Source: an uncultured Spirochaetota bacterium
Lineage (GTDB): Bacteria > Spirochaetota > Brevinematia > Brevinematales > JAOACQ01
Reading direction: 5' to 3'
Assembly: GCA_963835575.1 (NCBI GenBank)
Contig: CAWIGG010000006.1
Location: forward strand, 101,151-165,150
DNA length: 64,000 nt
The notes below the pieces were generated by a model. The model made no database searches and was not told where the DNA came from. It saw only the letters and a list, made by a program, of their open reading frames with translations. Shown here one piece after another: positions 9,578 to 17,223 of this stretch; the first letter of the stretch is position 1, and every line of letters begins with the position of its first letter. The translations under genes and the position numbers were made by a program.

Positions 9578-9612
9578 ACATATAATATACTACGCGTGTA
9601 GTATTATGTCAA
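9557..9612. promoter_or_regulatory. overlapping divergent promoters, each with a TACTAC-N4-GTAGTA palindrome in its spacer
   Basis: Plus strand: TTCAAA (9557-9562), 18 nt, TATAAT (9581-9586), with TACTACattcGTAGTA at 9563-9578. Minus strand: TTGACA (complement of 9607-9612), 17 nt, TATATT (complement of 9584-9589), with TACTACgcgtGTAGTA at 9588-9603. Confidence 0.5.
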
Positions 9613-9750
9613 GTGTTTTTGAAAATATTTTTTCCTCCGGTATTGACAAAATTGAATATTGCTTTTAAATAAATGTAATTAAATTAATGGACGCGGATTA
9701 TCGGAAGACCGGATAATCTGCAAAATTATTAATATTCGGGAAACTGTTTT

Positions 9751-10341
9751 ATGTGTAAGGAATTTAGGTATTCAATACTTCATCTTTTAGCTGTGTTTTC
9801 ATTAATTTTATTAATACTGAGCGCCTGCGATCTGCTTCAAGACCCCCCTTCCGACCGGCAGAAGACGCTGGGAGAATGGATGTATAACAGGGTAGTTTAC
9901 ATTGACGGCAGTTTTCAGACATATAACGGCAATATTATTACAATTACCTCCAGCGGCGGATCGGTCACAGTTTATACCAATTCTTCTTACACAGCTGTTG
10001 TTTTTAATGAAAAAAATTCATGTCTCTGGGAGACCTGTAATACAAACGGGAATATTATAACAAATACGGGAACCTGGTCCATAAAAGAAACGGACAAATT
10101 GCTGACTTTAACGAAGGTTAATTACACGAATATCCTTTTTATTTTTACTAATGTTTATTTCGTTTATAATTATGCCTATACCTATGACTTTATTGATGAT
10201 AATACTATAAAAATTACTGCTGAAATTGACAGCTATAACTGCATCTTTGAGAATAATACGCCGACAAATTATTCGACAAATAATATTGATATCTTTGCCG
10301 CCGCCGGGGTGAATTATGTTGAGATCGGAAAGATAAGATAG
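9751..10341 (+). CDS. lipoprotein of unknown function (AT-rich)
   Basis: 196-aa ORF with a signal peptide and lipobox (LILLILSAC). The composition is rich in N, T and Y. Confidence 0.6.
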   Translation: MCKEFRYSILHLLAVFSLILLILSACDLLQDPPSDRQKTLGEWMYNRVVYIDGSFQTYNGNIITITSSGGSVTVYTNSSYTAVVFNEKNSCLWETCNTNGNIITNTGTWSIKETDKLLTLTKVNYTNILFIFTNVYFVYNYAYTYDFIDDNTIKITAEIDSYNCIFENNTPTNYSTNNIDIFAAAGVNYVEIGKIR

Positions 10342-10442
10342 GATCCGGTATAATATAGTAAAGCGGATTAAAAAAATAAAACGGGAGAAATGTTATTTTA
10401 GAGATAATTATTTCCGTCATCATCGCTATCTTTGTTCTGGCA

Positions 10443-10802
10443 GTGGTTAATTTTGTGGTCAGGAAAAACATCTCCTTTGCCAGGAGGAATTATAAAACAA
10501 AAAACGTGGAGATCAATCTAAGCAGGACCCCATGCCCGGTCTGCGGCACAATTATAAAGGAAGGGGAAAGGGTCAAAACAACCGCTTATTCCCTGGGAAA
10601 GGAAAAGCTGGTCCTTGTTTACGGCTGTCCCGCCTGTTATCCCCCCGGTAAAGTCATAAAAAGAATATGCCCGGTCTGCAAAAATGAATTGAGAAATAAG
10701 GATTATATCCTGGCCAAAATGTGGGAAGAGGAAAACAAACTCCGTCTTCATATCATGGGCTGTTCGATATGCAAACCGAATTCTTTTGTTGTAAAAAGCT
10801 GA
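10443..10802 (+). CDS. small cysteine-rich (4x CxxC) zinc-ribbon-like protein; start uncertain
   Basis: CPVC, CPAC, CPVC and CSIC motifs are present. The frame is open from 10380 and encodes a TM-like EIIISVIIAIFVLAVVNFVV, but the only canonical start is the GTG at 10443. Confidence 0.5.
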   Translation: MVNFVVRKNISFARRNYKTKNVEINLSRTPCPVCGTIIKEGERVKTTAYSLGKEKLVLVYGCPACYPPGKVIKRICPVCKNELRNKDYILAKMWEEENKLRLHIMGCSICKPNSFVVKS

Positions 10803-10953
10803 ATTCCCCCGTTCCGCGGACAGTAAAAAATTAAACTTCAGGGCTGGCAATTTTTCCAAACTATAATATAATTATTGGGCTTTTGAATTATTGATTAAAA
10901 AAAATATATTCAATCTGGCTGTCATTTTTCTGTAAGGATAGAGGAGGCTTTTT

Positions 10954-11505
10954 ATGCTAGTACCGGCTGTATTAGGCGGCATTGTTGTAGTGATATTGCT
11001 CTGGGTGATGATGGCTTATAACGGTTTTATCAAGCTGAGGAACCAGGCGGATGAATCCTGGAGCGGTATAGACGTCCAGCTCAAGCGGCGCTATGACCTG
11101 ATCCCGAACCTTGTGGAAACCGTCAAAGGCTACGCCAAGCATGAGCAGTCCACTTTCGAGAAAGTGGTCCAGGCCAGGAACGCGGCCATGAGCGCCCAGA
11201 AAGTGGAAGATAAAGCCCAGGCGGAGAACATGCTTTCAGGCGCCCTGAAATCTATTTTTGCCCTCGCTGAAAACTATCCGGAGCTCAAGGCGAACCAGAA
11301 TTTCCTCGATCTGCAGAAGAACCTGGCGGAAATTGAGGACCAGCTCCAGAACGCCAGAAGATATTACAACGCCGTTGTCCGCGACTATAATATCCAGTGC
11401 GAAAGCTTCCCGTCTGTCATACTTGCCGGCATGTTCGGCTTCAAAAAACGGGCCTTCTTTGAAATAGCGGAAGCCGAAAAGCAGAATGTCAAGGTGCAGT
11501 TTTAA
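10954..11505 (+). CDS. lemA: LemA family protein
   Basis: N-terminal TM segment followed by YNGFIKLRNQADESWSGIDVQLKRRYDLIPNLVETVKGYAKHEQ, the typical LemA core. Confidence 0.9.
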   Translation: MLVPAVLGGIVVVILLWVMMAYNGFIKLRNQADESWSGIDVQLKRRYDLIPNLVETVKGYAKHEQSTFEKVVQARNAAMSAQKVEDKAQAENMLSGALKSIFALAENYPELKANQNFLDLQKNLAEIEDQLQNARRYYNAVVRDYNIQCESFPSVILAGMFGFKKRAFFEIAEAEKQNVKVQF

Positions 11506-11520
11506 AGGGAACTGGGTTAT

Positions 11521-11992
11521 CCGCTAAGCCACGCCAAGGAACGCTAAGAAGAATATATAATTGGTAAAAAAAATGGCTGAAGATTTATTATTTAAGGAAG
11601 AAGTTTTTAAAATCATGGGTTGTGCTATGAAAGTGCAGGATGAGTTAGGGAACGGTTTTCTGGAAGCGGTTTATCAGGAAGCTTTAGAAATTGAATTAAA
11701 GCTCATGCAAATCCCTTTTGAATCTCAGAAAAGACTGAGAATTAATTATAAAGGACAGCTGCTTCAAAAAGAATATATTGCCGATTTAATATGCTTTGAC
11801 AAAATAATATTGGAATTGAAAGTTGAAGAGAAGCTGACTTCTATTGATGAAGCTCAGATTTTAAATTATTTGAAAGTTACGGGTTTATCGCTTGGACTCA
11901 TTATAAATTTCGGATCAAAGAAGAAACTTGAGTGGAAACGTTTTGCAAACACTCAACAATAACCTTAGCGTATCTTCGCGATCCTTAGCGGG
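11521..11992. repeat. inverted-repeat-bracketed cassette carrying a GxxExxY ORF (CGCTAAG-word arms)
   Basis: The left arm is CCGCTAAGCCACGCCAAGGAACGCTAAGAAG (11521-11551). The right arm at 11963-11992 reverse-complements to CCGCTAAGGATCGCGAAGATACGCTAAGG. Confidence 0.7.
11561..11962 (+). CDS. GxxExxY protein (PD-(D/E)XK nuclease-like family)
   Basis: Contains LGNGFLEAVYQEALEIEL (the GxxExxY motif) and ADLICFDKIILELKV (a D...ExK-like motif). The start is either TTG at 11561 or ATG at 11573. Confidence 0.85.
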   Translation: MVKKMAEDLLFKEEVFKIMGCAMKVQDELGNGFLEAVYQEALEIELKLMQIPFESQKRLRINYKGQLLQKEYIADLICFDKIILELKVEEKLTSIDEAQILNYLKVTGLSLGLIINFGSKKKLEWKRFANTQQ

Positions 11993-12025
11993 AGCCCCGA
12001 AAGTGTTATAGGGAAGGAGTTGTTT

Positions 12026-13750
12026 ATGAAAAGATTTTTTATATTTATATTTCTGTTTCTTTCAATATCCCTTTCTTACGGCGAATATTTCAGCATTAAA
12101 GATTACAATATCCATGTCAAAGTCCTGAAAGACGGTGTACTGGACATTAACGAAAGAATTTCCGTCACTTTTACCGAGCCCAGGCATGGTATTTTCAGGG
12201 ATATTCCATACGGCTATACTATCACAAAGGCGCAAGGAGGCGAATCGGCCGAATATCCACTTCTTTTCGGGGATCGATATCAGGACCTTCTTTATGACAT
12301 TTCGGTCCAGAACTTTCATTATCAGGTGGAAAAAAACAATGCCATGATCCGCATCCGGATCGGTTCCAAAAACGCTTATGTGGAGGGCGACCAGGTTTAT
12401 ATTATCAATTATAAAGTTTATGGAGAGGTCCGGAGATTCAACGATTATTCCGTAATTTACTGGAACCTGACCGGCAATGAATGGCCGGTTGAAATAGATT
12501 ATGCGGTGTTCTCAATGGAACTGCCTTCCTCAGTCCCGTTAAGCTCAAAGGATTATAGAATTTATTCCGGGGTATACGGCTCGAAGGAAAACGACGCCTG
12601 CTATTATAAATATGAAGCGGATGAGCTTTCCGGAAGGACAATCCGGGCTTTAAATCCGAATGAGGGAATAACCGCCTGGATCAAGCTTCCGAAGGATTAT
12701 TTTGTAAAAAATGATATACTGGACAAACTTTTATGGCTTCAGAACAACTCGGGGCTGTTCGCTATCATTATACCTTTTTTAGTGCTGATCATCGCGTTTC
12801 TGGTCTGGAACAAATACGGGCGCGATGTAAAGATCGTGAAAATGGTCCAGTTCAAACCGCCGGAAGATATGACGCCTGCGGAGGCGGGGGTCATCATCGA
12901 TGATGTGACGGATAACAGGGATGTTCTGTGCCTGATCTATTACTGGGCGGCGGCCGGGTATCTGGAAATAGAAGAGCTGGAGAAGGGGACGCTCTTCAAA
13001 TCAAAAGACTTCAAATTGATTAAAAAGAAAGAACTGCCGGACAACGCTAAAGAATACGAGAAAACCATGTTCAATGGGCTTTTTGAGGGAAAAGAGACGG
13101 AAGTCCTGATCAGTTCGCTCAAAGACACTTTTTATACGACTTTCGACAGCGTTAAAAGCCAGCTCAATGATTATATCGGCAGTCAGGCTTTTTATACGCC
13201 GGGTTCGCGCGGCCTCCGCGCTCTCTTTATATTCCTTGCCATGGTCTTTGTTTTCGGCGGATTTTTCCTGACGTTTTTTGCCGGATGGAGCGCTCTTTAT
13301 ATCGCTTCGGGTATTGTATCGGCGGTCATTTTAATTATTTTCGGGATTTATATGCCAAAGAAGACAGCTAAAGGCCTTGAGAAATACAAAGTCCTTGAAG
13401 GTTTCAAACTTTTTATTGAAAAGGCTGAAAAGCCGAAGCTCGAGGCCCTTATGAAAGAAGACCCGAATTATTTTGACAGGACGCTTTCCTATGCCATAGC
13501 GTTCGGAATGGGCGATAAATGGGCCGCGAAATTCGCCGGCATTATCACGCAGCCGCCTTCGTGGTACCATGGGCACAGCTTTACCGCTTTCTCCACGGCG
13601 TATTTTATCAGCTCGCTGAACTCGAGCATCTCCGGTATGAGCTCGACGATGACATCCCGCCCTTCCAGCAGCGGCTCAAGCGGCGGCGGCGGATTTTCCG
13701 GCGGAGGAGGCGGGGGCGGGGGCGGGGGCGGGGGCGGAGGCAGCTGGTAG
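12026..13750 (+). CDS. DUF2207 domain-containing membrane protein with poly-Gly tail
   Basis: GGAAGGAG SD 6 nt before the ATG at 12026. It has a signal peptide, a large N-terminal domain, several TM helices, and the C-terminus SSGSSGGGGFSGGGGGGGGGGGGGGSW. This family is the usual genomic partner of LemA. Confidence 0.8.
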   Translation: MKRFFIFIFLFLSISLSYGEYFSIKDYNIHVKVLKDGVLDINERISVTFTEPRHGIFRDIPYGYTITKAQGGESAEYPLLFGDRYQDLLYDISVQNFHYQVEKNNAMIRIRIGSKNAYVEGDQVYIINYKVYGEVRRFNDYSVIYWNLTGNEWPVEIDYAVFSMELPSSVPLSSKDYRIYSGVYGSKENDACYYKYEADELSGRTIRALNPNEGITAWIKLPKDYFVKNDILDKLLWLQNNSGLFAIIIPFLVLIIAFLVWNKYGRDVKIVKMVQFKPPEDMTPAEAGVIIDDVTDNRDVLCLIYYWAAAGYLEIEELEKGTLFKSKDFKLIKKKELPDNAKEYEKTMFNGLFEGKETEVLISSLKDTFYTTFDSVKSQLNDYIGSQAFYTPGSRGLRALFIFLAMVFVFGGFFLTFFAGWSALYIASGIVSAVILIIFGIYMPKKTAKGLEKYKVLEGFKLFIEKAEKPKLEALMKEDPNYFDRTLSYAIAFGMGDKWAAKFAGIITQPPSWYHGHSFTAFSTAYFISSLNSSISGMSSTMTSRPSSSGSSGGGGFSGGGGGGGGGGGGGGSW

Positions 13751-13901
13751 AAAGAAATAATTCACAGGAAGGCGGGAAGACGGGAAGACGGGAAGGTTTT
13801 TAATGATTTATTTATTTTCATTGCCGTTCAAGTTATAAATTTATTAAACTGTGATTTGCTAGAAATTTGAAAGAACCGGAATTTCACACAGAGTGCACAG
13901 A

Positions 13902-15602
13902 CAGACTGTGTGAAAAAGGCGGTGTAAGACAATAAAGGCGGAGAAAAATCCTCAAATTTATTTTAATAAGGTATAATATGTAATCAAATTTGAGGTGTGT
14001 AAGATGAACCATATAACAGGAGAGCCAAGAGACCAGATAGTACTTTACGCGGAAACTATTGATGGTTTGATAGAAGAGAAGAACCCTGTAAGAATTATAG
14101 ACGCATATGTGAGCAGACTAAACATCAGGAGGTTGGGATTCAAAATTAAAGAGGCGAAAAAAGGGCGTCCATCCTACACAGCGGATGTATTGTTGAAAAT
14201 ATATATTTACGGATATTTGAACAAAGTCAGGACCACGAGGAAATTAGAAAACGAATGTAAAAGGAATACGGAACTGATATGGCTGACCTGCCGCTTAGCG
14301 CCTGATTTTAAGACCATAGCGGATTTCAGAAGGGATAATATTAAGGGCATAAAAAACATTTTCAAAGAGTTTTTGAAAGTATGCCGCAAATTAGAACTGC
14401 TGACATTTAAATTAACAGCGACAGATGGAACGAAAATAAGTGGGCAAAACAGTCTGGGTAATATTTATAGGCGGGAAAGCATTGAAGGAGTTGAGAAAAA
14501 GATTAATGAAAAAATAGACAAATATCTTTTGGAATTGGATAAAAATGATAAATCGGAAGAAAACGAGTTTGAGTTTTTATCCAGCAACATTGAAAAAAAG
14601 CTGGACAGCCTCAAGACAAGAAAAGAAAAAGTAGAAGCGATAAAAAAAATGTTTGAGGCCGATCCGGAACTTGAAATCGTTTACGGGAATGATCCCGACG
14701 GCAGAATTGGGAAAGATAAAGGGAAAACGGATGTTTTGTACAACGCGCAGATAGCAGTGGACGAAAAGAATAAATTGATTGTCGCGGTGGATGTAACCAA
14801 TGAAAGTAATGATGTTCATCAAGCGGGAAATATGGTTAATAAAGTTGAAGAAATAAAGAAAGAACTTGAAGCCGAACCGGGATTAAAAACCATACATGTC
14901 CTGGATGCCGGATATTATTGCGAAAGTGAGATATTACCGCTTACAGACGGGGGTCATGAAATCTATATTCCAAGCCCGCGCGATGAAAAAGAAAAAAAGT
15001 CCAGGTACAAAGAGCAGCAGAAAGAAAGTATCCCGGCAAAAGGATATCTGGCAGAAGATTTCAAGATTGATAAAGAGAAGAACCAGTTGATTTGTCCGCA
15101 AGGATTACGATTAAATAATCAAAGTGTATATCAGGATAAAAACACGGGGATTACTGTAGCGGAATTCAAGTGCAGGAACGAGAATTGTGAGAAGAAGCAT
15201 TTATGCACAAAAAGCAAAGAAGGCAGGACGGTAAAGTTATCGGTGCGAAAGGAAGATATGGATAAATTCGATGAGAAGGTCCGAAGTGAATTGGGGCAAA
15301 AGATTGTTGCAATCAGAAAAGAGTTGGCAGAACATCCATTTGGAACAATAAAAGGAAATTTTGGTTATAATAATTTCTTGCTGAAGGGGATTGATAAAGT
15401 AAAAAGCGAGTTTAATTTCACGGCATTTATCTATAATTTTAAAAGAGTTCTGAATATTGCTGGTTTTGATAAGTTATTAGCCGCAATATAGTCTGAATTT
15501 CAATGATTATCAGTAATTTTTTATTCAGGCTCTTCTTTAAAGTAAGCAGGAACCTTTAGATGCCTGATCTTATAAATGTATTCTCTTTTTTCACACAGTC
15601 TG
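13902..15602 (+). mobile_element. IS1182-family insertion sequence (~1.7 kb)
   Basis: 16-bp terminal inverted repeat CAGACTGTGTGAAAAA (13902-13917, and complement of 15587-15602) flanking a single transposase ORF. AGA is present on both flanks and may be a 3-bp duplication. Confidence 0.75.
14004..15491 (+). CDS. IS1182-family DDE transposase
   Basis: The N-terminus PVRIIDAYV...GRPSYTADVLLKIYIYGYLNKVRTTRKLENECKRNTELIWL...PDFKTIADFRRDN is the InsH-N/DUF772 type. The C-terminus HPFGTIKGNFGYNNFLLKGIDKV is also characteristic. GAGGTG SD before the ATG at 14004. Confidence 0.8.
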   Translation: MNHITGEPRDQIVLYAETIDGLIEEKNPVRIIDAYVSRLNIRRLGFKIKEAKKGRPSYTADVLLKIYIYGYLNKVRTTRKLENECKRNTELIWLTCRLAPDFKTIADFRRDNIKGIKNIFKEFLKVCRKLELLTFKLTATDGTKISGQNSLGNIYRRESIEGVEKKINEKIDKYLLELDKNDKSEENEFEFLSSNIEKKLDSLKTRKEKVEAIKKMFEADPELEIVYGNDPDGRIGKDKGKTDVLYNAQIAVDEKNKLIVAVDVTNESNDVHQAGNMVNKVEEIKKELEAEPGLKTIHVLDAGYYCESEILPLTDGGHEIYIPSPRDEKEKKSRYKEQQKESIPAKGYLAEDFKIDKEKNQLICPQGLRLNNQSVYQDKNTGITVAEFKCRNENCEKKHLCTKSKEGRTVKLSVRKEDMDKFDEKVRSELGQKIVAIRKELAEHPFGTIKGNFGYNNFLLKGIDKVKSEFNFTAFIYNFKRVLNIAGFDKLLAAI

Positions 15603-15817
15603 AGAGAGCACAGAGTAAGCTATAATTCTTTATCTGCATAAGATTAAACAATATCCCTTTGTACTCCGTGTTCTCTGTGCGGGAAAAATAATTTTTTAGG
15701 ATTCTGAAACATTATTTTTTTGCTGTCTAAATTGCAATTTCAAATCTGGAAATTAAATTTTATTTCTAAAATCTCCAGATTTTTCTTCGTGTCTTCCCGC
15801 CTTCCTGTAAAACCCGT

Positions 15818-16213
15818 CTATTTTTCTTCGACCTTTTTTATGATGATGTAAATTCCCGCTCCGATGATCAGCTCGGTAAAGAGAAGAAGGAGCCAGTTCA
15901 GGAGCGCCGGATAGCTTCCGGGAAGGCCCACGGCGAATTTCGAGAGAATAATGCGGGCAATCCAGAAGATCAGGATAATGTACATTGAGGTCCGGAGAAG
16001 CTTCTTATCGACGGCGGTAAACATGCTGACAAGCAGTATGATGCCGGCGAAAAGCTCCACAATACCGAAGATCACTTCAAGGGCCAGGGTGTATCTGAGC
16101 GTGAAATAACTTTCCTCAATGCCTGGAATGATCCCCAGGAGCCCTAATATCAGAAAGAACACCGCGATGAGAAAAATGAGAAGGTTGATGGGAGTGACTT
16201 TGTGTTTAGCCAT
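15818..16213 (-). CDS. small integral membrane protein (about 4 TM)
   Basis: 131-aa hydrophobic ORF with an AGGAGG SD 6 nt upstream, lying directly downstream of the ATPase gene. Confidence 0.6.
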   Translation of the reverse strand: MAKHKVTPINLLIFLIAVFFLILGLLGIIPGIEESYFTLRYTLALEVIFGIVELFAGIILLVSMFTAVDKKLLRTSMYIILIFWIARIILSKFAVGLPGSYPALLNWLLLLFTELIIGAGIYIIIKKVEEK

Positions 16214-16241
16214 GACGGCCTCCTTTTTATTTATTGCCTAT

Positions 16242-16267
16242 TAATCTAATCTAATCTAATCTTAATC
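16242..16267. repeat. pentanucleotide microsatellite (TAATC)4-T-(TAATC)1
   Basis: Read directly from the sequence: taatctaatctaatctaatcttaatc. It overlaps the ATPase stop codon (16262-16264) and lies in the 48-nt spacer before the membrane-protein gene. Confidence 0.85.
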
Positions 16268-16975
16268 TAAATACTTCTTCCTGTCCGTTAAAAAATCCCT
16301 GTACACTTTGTAGTAATCCGTTTCCTCATAAACAATTTTCTGTATCGGAGCGCCGTTAAAGCTGTAAATCTCGGCGCCGGGATAGGCCAGGATGATGGGG
16401 GAATGCGTCGCGATGATGTACTGGACATTCCCGGTATTGACGGTCTCTTTCATTATCTTCAGGAGTTCGATTTGCCGTTTGGGCGAGAGGGCGTTTTCGG
16501 GCTCGTCCAGGAGGTACAGCCCCTTCCTCTGGTAGCGGCTTTTAAAGAAAGCCAGGTGGCGCTCGCCATGCGAGCGGGTGATCAGGGAATCGCCGCCGAA
16601 ATAATCGAACATCGCTTTGTCGGAGCGGGCCCATTCGTCCAGGTACTCGGCGAAGTATTGAAAGATCTCCGAGGCGAAGAAAGAGCCGGGCACTTTATCC
16701 TTTTCCCATTCGATGTCGATGTAGCGGTATAGTTCCTCGGCGTATTTATTATAATAGAAGGTCGGGCGTTCCTCGTCCCTCCAGATATGGATGCCGCATT
16801 TTTTGGCCAGCGCCTTGAGCATCGTGGATTTGCCGGTCCCGTTTTCTCCGATGAAAAAAGTCACCGGCGTCTCAAATGCCATGGAATGGGTGTGGTTGAA
16901 GATGTCCAGGTTAAAGGGATAGACATTATTGACAGGGTATCTTTCGCTGTGGATATGGACTTTCTTCAGGTGCAT
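16262..16975 (-). CDS. stand-alone ABC/SMC-like AAA ATPase (COG3910-like)
   Basis: Walker A FIGENGTGKST, signature-like SHGE, Walker B LYLLDEPENALSP, and an H-loop ATHSP. Confidence 0.8.
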   Translation of the reverse strand: MHLKKVHIHSERYPVNNVYPFNLDIFNHTHSMAFETPVTFFIGENGTGKSTMLKALAKKCGIHIWRDEERPTFYYNKYAEELYRYIDIEWEKDKVPGSFFASEIFQYFAEYLDEWARSDKAMFDYFGGDSLITRSHGERHLAFFKSRYQRKGLYLLDEPENALSPKRQIELLKIMKETVNTGNVQYIIATHSPIILAYPGAEIYSFNGAPIQKIVYEETDYYKVYRDFLTDRKKYLD

Positions 16976-17038
16976 GGAGGCTCCTTCTAATCGGAAAAGT
17001 ATTGTTAGTCGAATAACTTATAACTTTAACAAAAGGCC

Positions 17039-17184
17039 CGTCATTGCGAGCATCAATTTATCTTCTTTGCCGCTGATTATCGTGCGAAGCAATCTGTAAT
17101 TTCATAAAGTCATCTTTATTTGCAGACAGTTTGCTTCGCTCTAAAATTATCAGCAAGGCATAAAACAGGATGCTCGCAATGACG
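17039..17184. repeat. nested inverted repeats with no ORF inside
   Basis: Outer: CGTCATTGCGAGCATC (17039-17054) versus GATGCTCGCAATGACG (17169-17184), a perfect 16-bp IR. Inner: GCGAAGCAATCTG (17084-17096) versus CAGTTTGCTTCGC (17127-17139), matching 12/13. Confidence 0.8.
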
Positions 17185-17223
17185 GCTTTTATTTAACATA
17201 ATCATTTTACGTTCGAAAATCCT

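Larger units (their letters stand above)
13764..15808. repeat. two-layer nested inverted repeats enclosing an IS element
   Basis: Outer arms: ACAGGAAGGCGGGAAGAC (13764-13781) versus GTCTTCCCGCCTTCCTGT (15791-15808), a perfect 18-bp IR. Inner CACAGAG-word arms: CACACAGAGTGCACAGA (13885-13901), GCACAGAG (15608-15615) and CTCCGTGTTCTCTGTG (about 15663-15680). Confidence 0.7.

Noticed and set aside
13519-13803. 94-aa Arg-rich ORF overlapping the end of DUF2207
   Set aside because: It is an alternative frame of the (GGGGGC)n poly-Gly-encoding tract and has no independent start signals.
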